Positions 23,667 through 35,549 of a stretch of 64,000 bases of DNA are shown here, piece after piece (within the stretch, counting starts at the first letter, position 1; every line of letters begins with the position of its first letter). The notes under the pieces were generated by a model. The model searched no databases, was not told the origin of the DNA, and worked only from the letters and a program-made list of their open reading frames with translations. Position numbers and translations under genes: made by a program. The stretch lies in NCBI RefSeq assembly GCF_020745735.1, contig NW_026867443.1, forward strand, positions 248,001 through 312,000. The letters run 5' to 3'. The stretch comes from Hemiscyllium ocellatum. Its lineage: Eukaryota.

Positions 23667-24229
23667 CTGCAGGGAAAAATGATTCTGTGGCCCTGCTTTC
23701 TCTCCAACTGACCTGAATTTGAGTGTTGCTGAAAAAAGAAACATTTTGTCAAAGCTTTTGTCTTGCACACATCAGGGCAATTTGCAAGAAATAGCATAGC
23801 AAAGGCAAACACCATGTAGACTGGAGACCCCAGCGGGTCAGGCATCATCCATGGAGAGAAAGCAAGGCAAAATGAAATGTTTTCATAAGAAGGACTTTCT
23901 CTCACTCAAGTTCCAGATTCTCAAATGACTGTTTGATCCTGATTTCCTCTTTTGGTTTAGACCTGTTGAAATTCGAAAAATAATTCTCTCTTTTTTAAAA
24001 TGGAGTACTCCGTTTATACATCATTCATCATTGAATTCCAATAACTGCATCAAAATATTTTTCCTGATTTCCTTTCTGTACTTGATATATGACTGGAGAA
24101 TGTATCATTTTGCCGCTCAGTTTGTATGCTCTGATGGTTAATATATATTTTTTGTGTTTCTTTATTTAAGAATTTTTGAACATCAGAATACCCCCTCTCC
24201 ACTGTCGAGATCCTGTTCTGGCCTTCATA

Positions 24230-24445
24230 GAATCATAGAATTGAGGAATCCCTTCAGTGTGGAAGCAGGCCACACAGCCCAGCAAGCTCATACCGACTCT
24301 TTGAAGACCATCCAACCCAGACCCACACCTCCCCTACCCAATCCCTGTAACCCTGCGTTTTCCATGGCATTTTCCATTTGCTAGCCTGCACATCTTTTGG
24401 ACATAATGAGTAATTTAGCACGGCCAATCCCCCAACCTACAAATC
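24230..24445 (-). mobile_element. HE1 SINE 3' fragment
   Basis: catagaatcatagaa tail plus taatttagcacggccaatc. Confidence 0.6.
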
Positions 24446-25889
24446 TTCTCTCAGTTTTGCAAATGAAACATCAGTTTTGATTTTTCCGCCTTGGCCTTGT
24501 TTTAATACAGTTGGAAACATGACTCTAGGCAAACTTAATCATTCAAGTGGCCCATTTCAATGCCCTCAATGGCAGCAAATCTTTCCCAATGAATATCAGG
24601 ATAAAAGGAGTGAACTGGAATTCTCAGCCACCATCAGACGATCTCAACTTGACTGAGGAACAAATTGACCCCTAAATTCCTGAATCTATCCTGATTTACT
24701 GGCAGCTCAGGGATTAAATCAGCTTGGCTTTCCCACAATTTGTCCAATGGACCGAGCTTCAGATGATATCCTCATGTTAAACTGCAACCTCTCCCATGAC
24801 CCACACCTGCCTTTAGTTGCATTTGATCTGGGATTCCATAATAAGCCAAGGTCTCTAGTGATAGCCCTGACTCCAACAAGCATTGCTCTGCTCACTCCCA
24901 ACTGGGGACCTCCCCAGGAACCAGAAGGAGCTCCCCAGCAGATCTGTCACTGATGGGTGAGATTGTTGTTGACCCACCTTAGAGTGGACTGAAGTAGTAC
25001 ACACATGGGAACACCACCACCTGCAGGGTTTTCCCCAAACAGTTCATCGTCCTGACTAAGAAATATATCCCTGTTCCTTCACTGTCACTGGGTTATTATC
25101 AAGGAATTCTATCCCTCAGGGCATTCTGGGTCTACCTACAGCACATGGCTGCAGCGGGTTCAGGAACGCAGCTCCTCACCACGTTCAAAGAAAATGAGGG
25201 ACAGGCAGGAAATGCTGCCAGCCAGCAGCGCCCATGTCCCACCAGAGAATAAAACATGGATAGGTTTTGTTTAACAGCCTGTGGCAGAAAATTGCAAATT
25301 CTTACCACCTTCTGTGTAAAGAAATCTACTTTCCGAAATAAAACCTTGTGACCCTGGATCCCCTGTCCCTGTCCATTATGTATTTCCTCCTCTAACCCCT
25401 TTCCAATACACCCTCTCCATCTTGCTTTACTCCTTATTGACTCTTCTACAATTGTCCCTGTTCCCTCACTCTGTCCCGGTCCCAGAGGGATTGATGGCCG
25501 GAGCTCATGACCCCGCACTGTGTGAAGGTTGGTATGAAGTGAGGCCAGTGTGTTGGAGCTTGGGCTCCTGCCTCAGGCCCAGGTGTAGGGACCTGTTCAA
25601 CAATCTGCACATTGTCCTTTTTCTCTTTCTGACCGTACTGGAGTTTTCAAGCTGCAGTAACTTGCTGAAAACAAGGTGTCTTTGCTAAAATGTTCCCAGC
25701 ACTAGACAGACTTCTGCTGTTGATTTTTTTTCTCTCTCTGGAGTCAGCTCTGTATTCAGTGCCTGTTATCATTTTGTTAGAGTTCATATGTCAGCTGCTG
25801 CTTCCTTGCTTTGGACTTGGAAAATAATCATCAATGCCTCTTGAGATTTAAATTATTTAACATTCCAGTGATGTGAATGCATCAGTGTT

Positions 25890-28010
25890 GTTTATGGCAG
25901 GAAGCATTTAACATCATGGTTTTAGATTTTAATGTATCCTCTCTCGTGATAATACAGTTTGCAATGTTTCTCTCCCCTTATGTGTTATTCAGATGCTTGC
26001 AAACCTGTTATGATGAGGACAGTGCGTCTTCAACACTGTGATGGAGTGGATGGGTGTATGATTTCTCATCTCATTATCATCCAGTTTTCAAAGAAAATGC
26101 TGTAGTCTTTGAAATGGGATTATCTATAATGTGTTTGGATTTTATTTTTGCAATGCCAATTTTCCTAAACAAAATCCTGTTCCATTTTGTAGTTATGTTT
26201 GTCAATGAATGTTCCCTGAGATACTGAGAGTTTACACAACACGCCATTTGCCTGTGGCCCAGTTGTTGCTGAAGCCTCTGGTTGTTCGGTGAGTCCAAGC
26301 CATTGCCTTGCTTTCTGCAGTTATACCATCAACTTGGTGTTTTAGTGTGAGCCAGGAAACCACTGCATGGTGACTGTTGAGGTTAATCCCATCATGAACA
26401 TCAGAACATTCTGCTCAGCTGGAACTACACTCACTGACTAATTTCTCTGGCCACCATCGCAGTAAAACCAAATCTCTCCCTTTGTCAGTACAAAGGGAAA
26501 GTGCCCATCAGATTCCCTCGTGTGTGATGGTTTAGCCCAATAGGAGCAGCACTGGTAGACCATGTTGCATCAGCCTGGACAGAAACTTGGGCAAACTCCA
26601 AATGAAAATGTGATCTTCAATGGATCTGCTGCTACAGGAAATATGCAATTGGAATCCTTGTTAATGAATCACCTCATCAAACCTAAACACAACTGAGAAA
26701 ATATAAACCAAACCAATTTCCCAAGGTCACAACACAACAAGAAAGTGGGGAACAGACTGATCCTGTCCCCTGTCTTTAGGAAGTGTTGCTTTTCCTATCC
26801 CCTCTCTCTCTGGGTTAAAACTTTTACCATCCTTTCTGTGTGAGAATATTACTGTTCCTATCCCCACTCTCTTAGGGACAGGTGGGGATGTCACATCCAC
26901 CCAGTTCGTTCGTTCCATTTACTCTTCTGAAATGGGGAATCCCTGCTTCACCGTGTGTGAGCCATGTGTGAAATTCCAGCACAGTGGGCGGCATGGTGGC
27001 ACAGTGGTTAGCACTGCTGTCTCACAGCGCCTGAGACCCGGGTTCAATTCCCGACTCAGGCGACTGACTGACTGTGTGGAGTTTGCACGTTCTCCCCGTG
27101 TCTGCATGGGTTTCCTCCGGGTGCTCCGGTTTCCTCCCACAGTCCAGAGATGCGCGGGTCAGGTGAATTGGCCATGCTAAATTGCCCGTAGTGTTAGGTA
27201 AGGGGTAAATATAGGGGTATGGGTGGGTTGTGCTTCGGCTGGTCGGTGTGGACTTGTTGGGCCGAAGGGCCTGTTTCCACACTGTAAGTAATCTAATCTA
27301 ATCTAAAAAGCTCACCCTTCATCTCAATCAGATCACTGGGCTCTAAGGTTGGTCAGTACTGTCTGGACCAGACAAAAGCACTGATTGACTGGAGACAATT
27401 CAGATCAAGTCCCAATGAGACAGCTATTGGCCTTCACCCTCAAAGCCCACTGAGGGTGTGGTCATTAGACCCAGTGTTGTCACAAAGTAAGTTCTCCCAG
27501 AGATTCATGATCCATTCTAGATTTTACACAAGTGTGCGATGTTGTTGGATGACAGGTGGGAAGGCTTGGAGACAAAACATAAAAGGAGAGAGAATTATAT
27601 TTCTATTGTGCCGTTTTTGAGCTTAGATGTTGGAAAATGTTTTACAGCCAATTCAATACTTCCGAAGTCCAGGCATTGTTGTGATGTGGGAATTGTGACA
27701 GCCTGGGCAAGGCAGATCATATGGCAGCACCACCCAGAGACTGGAGGCTGCTACTGCAGGCAGGGAACAAACCAGTTGTGCTGTGAGGGAAGGACACTGG
27801 AGCACACAAGAACATGAGAAATTGAAGCAGGAGTAGGACTCCAATGACTGTCCATCCTTTCTTAAATACAGGGACCAAAATTGGAAACAATAATTCAAAT
27901 GCAGGCTCACTAACACCCTATAAAGTTTCAACAAGATTTCCCTACTTTTAAATTCCAACCCCAGACAATAAAGGTGAAAATTCCATTTGCCTTCTCAATT
28001 CCTTGCTGCA
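25890..28010 (-). repeat. Kappa-cluster 3' flank, partner of 7950-10290
   Basis: Same blocks as above; this copy carries an extra HE1 insertion at 26986-27305. Confidence 0.88.
26986..27305 (+). mobile_element. HE1 SINE, young full-length copy
   Basis: A box TGGCACAGTGG at 26997-27007, B box GGTTCAATTCC at 27041-27051, (TAATC)n tail. Confidence 0.93.
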
Positions 28011-28829
28011 CCTGCACTAACTTTCAATGTTTCATGCACAATACTACCCAGGTCACTCTGTACTGCACTTTTTTGGAATATCTCACTATTTAAATAATAG
28101 TCGGCCTTTCGATTATTCCAAACAAAGTGCATGGTCTCACACTTTCTGATATTAAATTCTGTCCACTGTGTATGAGTGTTTCATTTTCAGTTTGGTCTTC
28201 TCTTTGTGATTGACTGTCTCAATGCATCTATCTGTAGTGTGTCCCATTCCCATTTGTTGATGGCCCTGACACTTGATTGTCCAGCCCTTTCCTGCTGGTT
28301 CCATTCAATGACAGGCAGGAGGTTGGAGGAACACAGCAAGCCAGGCAGCATCAGGCGGTGAAGAAGTTGATGTTTTGGGTGTAACCCTTCTTCAGGAATG
28401 GCGGTGAGTGTAGGCGGAGCTGCAGATAAAAGGGGTCGTGGGGGGATAGTAAATAAGGGGCAAGGCTCGGCATGGGGGACGAGGTTTTCAGGGGGGTCCG
28501 AGATGGCTGAAGGAGGGGAGGGGGAAAGGGTAATGGGAATGGGAGAGAATGGGTGTGGGAGAGAAAGGAGATTGGGGCGGAGGTGGGTTATGGAGTGAGG
28601 TGTGGGAGTGGAAAGGTGGGGATGTGGTGAAGAGGGAGAAGTGGAGGGATAGGGTGCACTGTGGGGGTGTATGGGTGAGGAGGGAGAGCGAGTGTGCTGC
28701 CTGGCTGCAGGTAGGCAGTTGGACTCAGGGTGACTGTGGGAAATGTAGTCTCAGTCCTGGTTGCAGAGTGGGAGGGGCCAGAAGTGGAGGCAGAGATTGG
28801 AGCGAAGTCAAGGCTGGATTGGGTGTTTT

Positions 28830-29130
28830 GACCCAGGTTCAATTCCAGCCTCAGGCAACTGTCTGTGTGGAGTTTGCACATTCTCCAAGTGCCTGCGTAG
28901 GTTTCTTCTGGGTGCTCTGGTTTCCTCCCACAGTCTAAAGACGTGCAGGTTAGGTGAATTGGCCATGCTAAGTTACCCATAGTGGTCAGGGATGTGTAGG
29001 TTAGGCTCATTAGTCAGGGGAAAAGCAGAGTAATAAGACAGGGGATTGGGTCTTGGGTAGGTTACTCTTCCAAGGGTCAGTTTGGACATGTTGGGCCAAG
29101 TGGCCTGTTTCCTCACTGTAGGGATTTTAT
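28830..29130 (+). mobile_element. HE1 SINE, older copy
   Basis: B-box, V-domain and HER1-type tail. Confidence 0.8.
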
Positions 29131-30489
29131 GACAGTCCATTCCGGATTCCCACCACCTGTTGAGTGAAAAAGTTCTTCACCAAATCTTATTTGCAGTGTC
29201 CATAATGAAATCTTACAAACCATTCATTTTGTTTAATGTCATTTTGCTCTTGAGTTCCTTGTTCAATAAATGTTTTATTCTTTTTGATGAAATGAGTTCC
29301 CTGACAGGGACAGTTAACTTTGTCCAATCAGGGAGCCCTGGCTGACAGATAAAAAGGGGCATGTCAGAAGGACTGATACTCTGGGAATTGACTCCGAATA
29401 ACAACCTGCCAACCAACCCCCTCCTTCTGTCACCCTCAATCTCCCCATGCTTACTCTTGTTTCACCTTCGATCCAGCCTGTGCTGCCTTTGGGAGAGGTT
29501 GGCCTTCCCTCCATCACCCAGGAATGTGGTCATCATCCCAGAGCAGTCACACTTTTAACCTGAGGGTCATCACAGCTGGGGCAGGGGGAGAGAAGGTGGC
29601 ACCTTCATGGTGGTCATACCTGTCATTAATCCACCACAACCTCTCTTGGGGCTGCAAGAATTCAACCTCCCTCCCTCAGACAGCTCCCCTCCCTGGAAGG
29701 TAATATTGCTGCACCTTGTTTTGGGTTAATTAACCACTGAAATATGACTATGGAGAGCCAGCACTGGCTGGGCAGGCAGCCACGATTGACCCTGGATTCA
29801 GAAAGTCCCCTTGTAATTGGGCAACACATTAGGGAGCACAGTCTAGATTAGAGTAGTGCTGGAAAAGCACAGCAGGTCAGGCAGCATCTGAGGAGCAGGA
29901 AAATCGACATTTCTGCATTCGGGAGCACAGTGCCCACTGCCTCTGAAATGCCTCCCTTACTGAGAATACACTCTCAGTATTCACCTTTCTCAGCTGCCAC
30001 CTAAATTTACAATAAATTCTGTGTCCAATGATCCTGCCCCTCCAGCTACCTGATGAAGAAGCAGTGCTCTGAATGCTTCTACTTTCAAATAAACCTGTTT
30101 GACTATCACCTGGAGTTGTTGGATTTTTAACTTCGGTATTCTGAATGAGCTGCCATCTCAGACTGAATCAGCAGAACGGTTTTCCATTCATGATTTGAGA
30201 AGATTAAAGCCTGATCTTCAATACCCAGCACTAAACCCATTCTCAATCCATCGCTCGGAGACACATACCTCAGAGAGACACCTACAGACAGCACAGAGTA
30301 ACACACTCACTCTGTGAGACAGGTAGCACTGAGGAACATGATCACACTCCATGCTGCAGACAGGTGTCTCCGAATGTGGGTGCGTAACTGAACGCTGCCT
30401 GTAGGTGTCTCTCTGAGTAACAAATCCACACTGAGAGAGACCCCTCCAAGCAGCATTATGTTAAACACTCACACTCAGAGAGGCACACA

Positions 30490-30720
30490 TTCTAGATTAG
30501 AGTGGTGCTGGAAAAACACATCGGTTCAGGCAGCATCTGAGGAGCAGGAAAATCGACGTTTCGGGCAAAAGCCCTTCATCAAGAATAGAGCTTTATTCCT
30601 GATGAAGGGCTTTTGCCCGAAATTTCGATTTTCCTGCTCCTCAGATGCTGCCTGACCTGCTGTGCTTTTCCAGTACCACTCTAATCTAGAATCTGGTTTC
30701 CAGCATCTGCAGTCCTTGTT
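30490..30720. mobile_element. Penelope pLTR palindrome (101-bp arms, essentially no loop)
   Basis: 30490-30590 pairs with 30591-30691; each arm has a hammerhead-like core with defects. Confidence 0.88.
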
Positions 30721-31099
30721 TTTACCTCAGAGAGACACAGCTGACAATGTCAGTGATTGGCCGAAGGTTGTTTCAACAGCTACCCAACATGCAGCAGAGA
30801 TTGCACAGTGCGATCCCATCAGCCGGGCCTGGACCAACAGAGTGAAAAGGGAATGCATCAGATTGTACTTATTGAGTCCTAACAGCTTTCAGTTTCTGTT
30901 CTTTTTGGAATCTTGTAACCTGCATAAATTCCTGACCAAAGGGATCATTTGAAAATGATTAATGATTGATGATTGTAATTGATTGGCAGGCCAACCAGCC
31001 AATCTTGACAATGACCTGCTGAAATGCAGTCAATCAACTGGAGGGCGGGGAAAGTCATCGATTTCCAAAGCACACAGAAACAGAGACTGAATCTTCATC

Positions 31100-31105
31100 T
31101 TTATT
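31100..31105 (-). terminator. Polyadenylation signal of the kappa gene
   Basis: AATAAA ~530 nt after the stop codon; conserved in the paralogous relic at 20129-20134. Confidence 0.7.
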
Positions 31106-31630
31106 CCCTTTTCCACATTCACATAGACAGAAAAAAAACTGCAATTAACAGCCCAGACAGAGGAGGCTGCTCAAATTCACAGCCACAATGGAGCTTGAGG
31201 AAAACACTTGTGGAGGTTTGCTCAATAACATGAGAATCCTGTCCCTTTAAACAGTGACAAAACCTTAAATTGGAACTGACAGCTAAGCAGGAAGGAGATC
31301 TGGTTTACTGAAGCAGAGAATTCTGAGGTTCACATTGTTTTGTACAGCTGACAGTCTTCAGCAACTTCAAGAGATTTTACTTGGCATCGCAAGTCAACTC
31401 TGTCCCCATCAAACACTCCCAGAACAGGGACAGCATGGGGTTTGACACAGCGTAAAGCTCTGTCGACACTGTCGCAATGACCTGCTTTTACATCCAAACC
31501 TCAGAAGATTCTCTGAACAGTCCTGAGAAGGAAGAGAGTTGAAATTCAGTGCTGACAATGACCTTTGTCCTGTCAGCTCAGCGCTGTTCTATTTAAAGTT
31601 GTGTCTCCTCTGTGGACTGTCTCACGCTCT

Positions 31631-31959
31631 CTATACACATTCTGATTTACTGATGCTCTTGCTGAGGGGAGAGGGGAGGGTCACGTGGGTGAGGGCACAG
31701 GAAAAGCGAGCGTTGGACTCCCAGTCAGACCTAGAGAGGGTCAGCAGGCTGCTGACACTGTAGGTGCTGTCCGAAGCTCGCAGGTAGTTGCTGGTCTGAA
31801 CCCCGTCCGAAATGACTGCACCGTCCTTCTTCCACTGCACCTCCAGCTCATCGGGATAGAAGTGATTGGCAAGGCACACCAGGGTGGCAGTGCCCTTGGC
31901 ATTGATCTGCTCCGGGGAGGGGGGCAGCAGGGTCAGCTTGGGCTGAGAGTTGTCACGGA
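31631..31959 (-). CDS. IGKC: Ig kappa constant-region exon, intact
   Basis: Acceptor ttgtctttcAG|TC at 31961-31960; 329 nt = 2 nt plus 109 codons including TAG. (I)RDNSQPKLTLLPPSPEQINAKGTATLVCLANHFYPDELEVQWKKDGAVISDGVQTSNYLRASDSTYSVSSLLTLSRSDWESNARFSCALTHVTLPSPLSKSISKSECV*, with C1-set Cys/Trp/Cys and the penultimate interchain Cys. Confidence 0.97.
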
Positions 31960-33429
31960 CTGAAAGACAAAAGAAACAATTTTAATCCCTGCCTTTTGAA
32001 GGGAATTCAACCCTCACAATATTCACTGGCAATACAATCTTTTTGAACATTCTTAGTCAATACAGAATAAACCCAACAAATGAACAGACACTGTTCAAAT
32101 TGCTTCTTGCGATCTGAGTGTCACTGGCAGGGCCAGCATTCATTACCGTCCCTAGATGTCCCTGAGAAGGTGATGGTGAAGCAGCAGAGAGAGAAGGGAC
32201 AATTTTGGACCATCGGTAATGGAATGAATGTGGACAGCTGGAAGGGCTATCGATGGGGGAGCACTTTAGTGACAGCGATCAGAACTCAGTGAGATTGAGA
32301 GGAGGGATGGAAATGGAGAACCATGGAGCAAGTGTAAAAGTTTTCATTTTCCTAAACTGTGCGGTGCTTTGGTAAAAGTGGATCGGAACCAATGGCATGA
32401 TGGGAAATCAGTGTCAGGGCAGTGGGATCCCTCGAAGGATGAGACAGACTGTTCCGAATCTGTTCCCACAATGAGTAAGGGTGGGACTCCCACAACTAGA
32501 CCAAAGAAACAAGAGGATTGGGGTTCATGTACTGACATGGATTGGGAACTGGTTGGCAGGCAGCACAGAAAGAATGAGTCTATTTCTGAATGGCAGGTAA
32601 TAACAACTTAGGGTGCCACAGGGTCAGTCCTTGATACCCAGTTATTCATAATAAATAACAATAGAGTCATAGGGGCCCAAAAGACCCATTATTCCATTGT
32701 GTCCATACTGGTCAAAAAACAACAACCCAATAATTGTCATCCATTTTTCCAGCAAAAGGGAATTAGATGCAATATGTATTTAAGAAGGAATTAGATATAG
32801 TTCTTAGGATTGAAGGGATCAAAGAATGTGGCGAGAAAGTAGGAACAGGGGACTGTGTTGGATGAACAGCCATGATCATATTGAAGGGTGGAGCAGGCTT
32901 CAAGGGCTGAATGGCCTACTGATGCTCCTGTGTTTGATGTTTCTATCTGTTTCTCAGATAATGAAGGAATGTCTCTCATCATTTTGAAGCTGGAAGTCAG
33001 ATGTGTGTGGAGCTGGAAGATGTGGCCATGGTGATTAATGCAGGTCAGTGAGGTGGTTCAGAAGACACATGGGATAATATGCTTTTCTTTTTCCCTAAAT
33101 GGAATGAGGGCATTGCTGGATCGGCAGCATTTATTGCCCATCCCTAATCACCCAAAGGGCAGTTTAGAGTCACCCACATTGCTGTGGGTCTGGGGTCACA
33201 TGGTAAGGATGGCAGTTTTCTTCCCTAAAGGACATAAGGGAATCAGATGCTTTTCCTGACAATCAATGATGGTTTCATGGTCATCATTAGTCTCTTAATT
33301 GCAGATTTTGTTTTGATTGAATTTGAATGCCACCATCTGCTGGATTCTAACCCTGGTCCCCAGAACATTACCTGGATCTCTGGATTAACAGCTCAGCAAT
33401 AACACCATTAGACCATCACCTCCCTTATC

Positions 33430-33960
33430 TCATTTTTGGTTGACTGTGAAAGCAAGGAGTTTGTTTATTCTGGAACTGTATAAAACCCCAGTTAGAGCAC
33501 AGTGAGAGAACTGTGTACGGTTCTGGTCACCACATTACAGGAAGGATGTGATTCCATTAGAGATGGGGACAGAGGAGGAGTTTGTCTGGAATGGGGACTT
33601 TGAGCTTTGTGGAATGATTGGATTGGCTGGGACTGTTTTCTTTGGAACACAGGAGGCTGAGGGGAGATATGATGGTGGTGTGTAAAATGATGAGGGGCCT
33701 GGACAGAGTGGGTAGCAAGGACTGATTTCCACCAGCACAGAGGACAATAACCATGGGGAGAGATTGAAATCAGTTGGGGCAGGATTAGAGGGGAGTTGAG
33801 GGTATTTGTTTTCACCCAGAGCTTGGTGGGATGTGGGACTCACTGTCTGAAAGGGTGGGAGAGGCAGAAACCCTCATCAAATTGAAAAAACACTTAGATG
33901 TTCACTTGAAACAGCAAAACTTCCAGAGCTATGGAGCAAGAGCTGGAAAATGGGATGGAG
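33430..33960 (+). mobile_element. CR1 3' fragment in the J-C intron
   Basis: C-terminal CR1 ORF2 remnant. Confidence 0.7.
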
Positions 33961-34504
33961 CGTGATATCTCTTTAACAAACCTCCGATTACCCACAGATC
34001 AGGAGAACCTTATCCAAGAACATTGGAGCAGACTCGGATCCACACACGTCAGGAAAGAATCACGTTGGGGTGTCTGTGTAGAAGATTCTAGATTATATTT
34101 CAAACCTTGCTGCACAGTATTGGGCTGAGGTCAAGGGTGAGGCTGCAAAGAGTCTCAGTGTCCTAGAGTCAGACAGGGTCACTGCTCCTAATGACCCCAT
34201 GACTCCTGGAAGGTGAGAGTGCGCAGACAATGGATGAGGATCCTGATCAGGAGACTCCAACCTTCAAGAAAGACTTGCACTTGTGTAGCACCTGTCCCCA
34301 ACTCAGGGTGTCCCACTGGATCTTTCCAGCAGACTGTGCACAGCGAGATCCCAAACCCCATGTGATAATTAGCAGAGAAATACTATCTGAGTGATTTTGA
34401 CTGGGGGATAAATATTGACCAGGGAGACCAGGGGGAACTGCCTGCTCTTCATCCAATAGTGCCATGGAATGGCATCTTTCACAATTGAAAGACTCTCAGT
34501 TATT

Positions 34505-35185
34505 CCAAAAAATGAAGAATAGTTCCTTGAAGATGAAGTTGCAGGTACATAGGGAAGTGACAAAGTTATTTGGTTTGCTTTCCTTTACTTGTCAGTGCAT
34601 TGGGTATTGGAGTTGGGAGCTGTTGCGGCTGTACAGGACACTGGTTAGGGCACTTTTGGAATACTGTGTGCAATTCAGTTCTCCTTGCTGTAGGAAAAAT
34701 GTTGCGAATCTTAAAATGATTTACAAGGATGATGCCAAGGTTGGAGGGTTTGCATGAAAAGGAGAGGCTGAATAGGCTGAGGCTGTTTTCCCTGGATCAT
34801 TGCAGGTTGATGGGTGACCGTATCGAGGTTTATAAAATCATGAGCGGCATAGATAAGGTGAATAGAGAAGATTTTTTCTCCAGAGTTGGGGAGTCCAGAA
34901 CTGGAGGGCATAGGCTGAAGGTGACAGGGGATAGATTTAAAAGGGACCTAAGGGACAATGTTTTCATTCAGAGGGTGTTAAATGTATGGAATGAGCTGCC
35001 AGAGGAGGTGGTGAAGGCTGGTACAATTACAACATTTAAAAGACATGGGTATGTAAATAGGAAGATGTTAGAGGGATATGGGCCAAATGCTGGCAAGTGG
35101 GACTAGATTAATTTCGGATATCTGGTCAGCATGGACGAGTTGGACCAAAGGATCTGATTCTGTGCTGTCCATCTCTCTGACTCTA
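34505..35185 (+). mobile_element. CR1/HER1 3' end
   Basis: ORFs 34464-34757 and 34729-35106 (LRLYRTLVRALLEYCVQF; GHRLKVTGDRFKRDLR), then the tail. Confidence 0.88.
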
Positions 35186-35549
35186 ATTGTATTTCAATCC
35201 AGCCCTTAACACATCAGGCTCTCCCAAAGACATTTACAGGCAGTTTTGTTTGACAAACAGTCACTGTTGCAATGTCAGTAACGTGGCAGCCAGTTTCTGC
35301 ACAGCAAGATCCCACTAGAAGCAATGAGATCAAAGAGCAATAATGATGTTGGCTCAACGATAAATATTGGCCTGAACTCAACCCAAAGAGAAAGTAATTT
35401 GGTTCAGTTGGATGGAAAATGAGAAAATGGAAGGTAAAGGAGAAGGTAGGATTGCTGGATAGTGTTGGGATTGATTGTTACCAGAAAATAAAAGGAAGGG
35501 ATGGAATTTTTGAATATCAAAGGGATCATAAAAGTGCAGGGAAAATCAA

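Noticed and set aside
26986-27060. tRNA gene
   Set aside because: The tRNA-derived head of an HE1 SINE, continuous with the V-domain and LINE tail.
29290-29400. CCAAT/TATA-like stretch as a gene promoter
   Set aside because: Resembles an LTR fragment; no gene downstream and the boundaries could not be defined.
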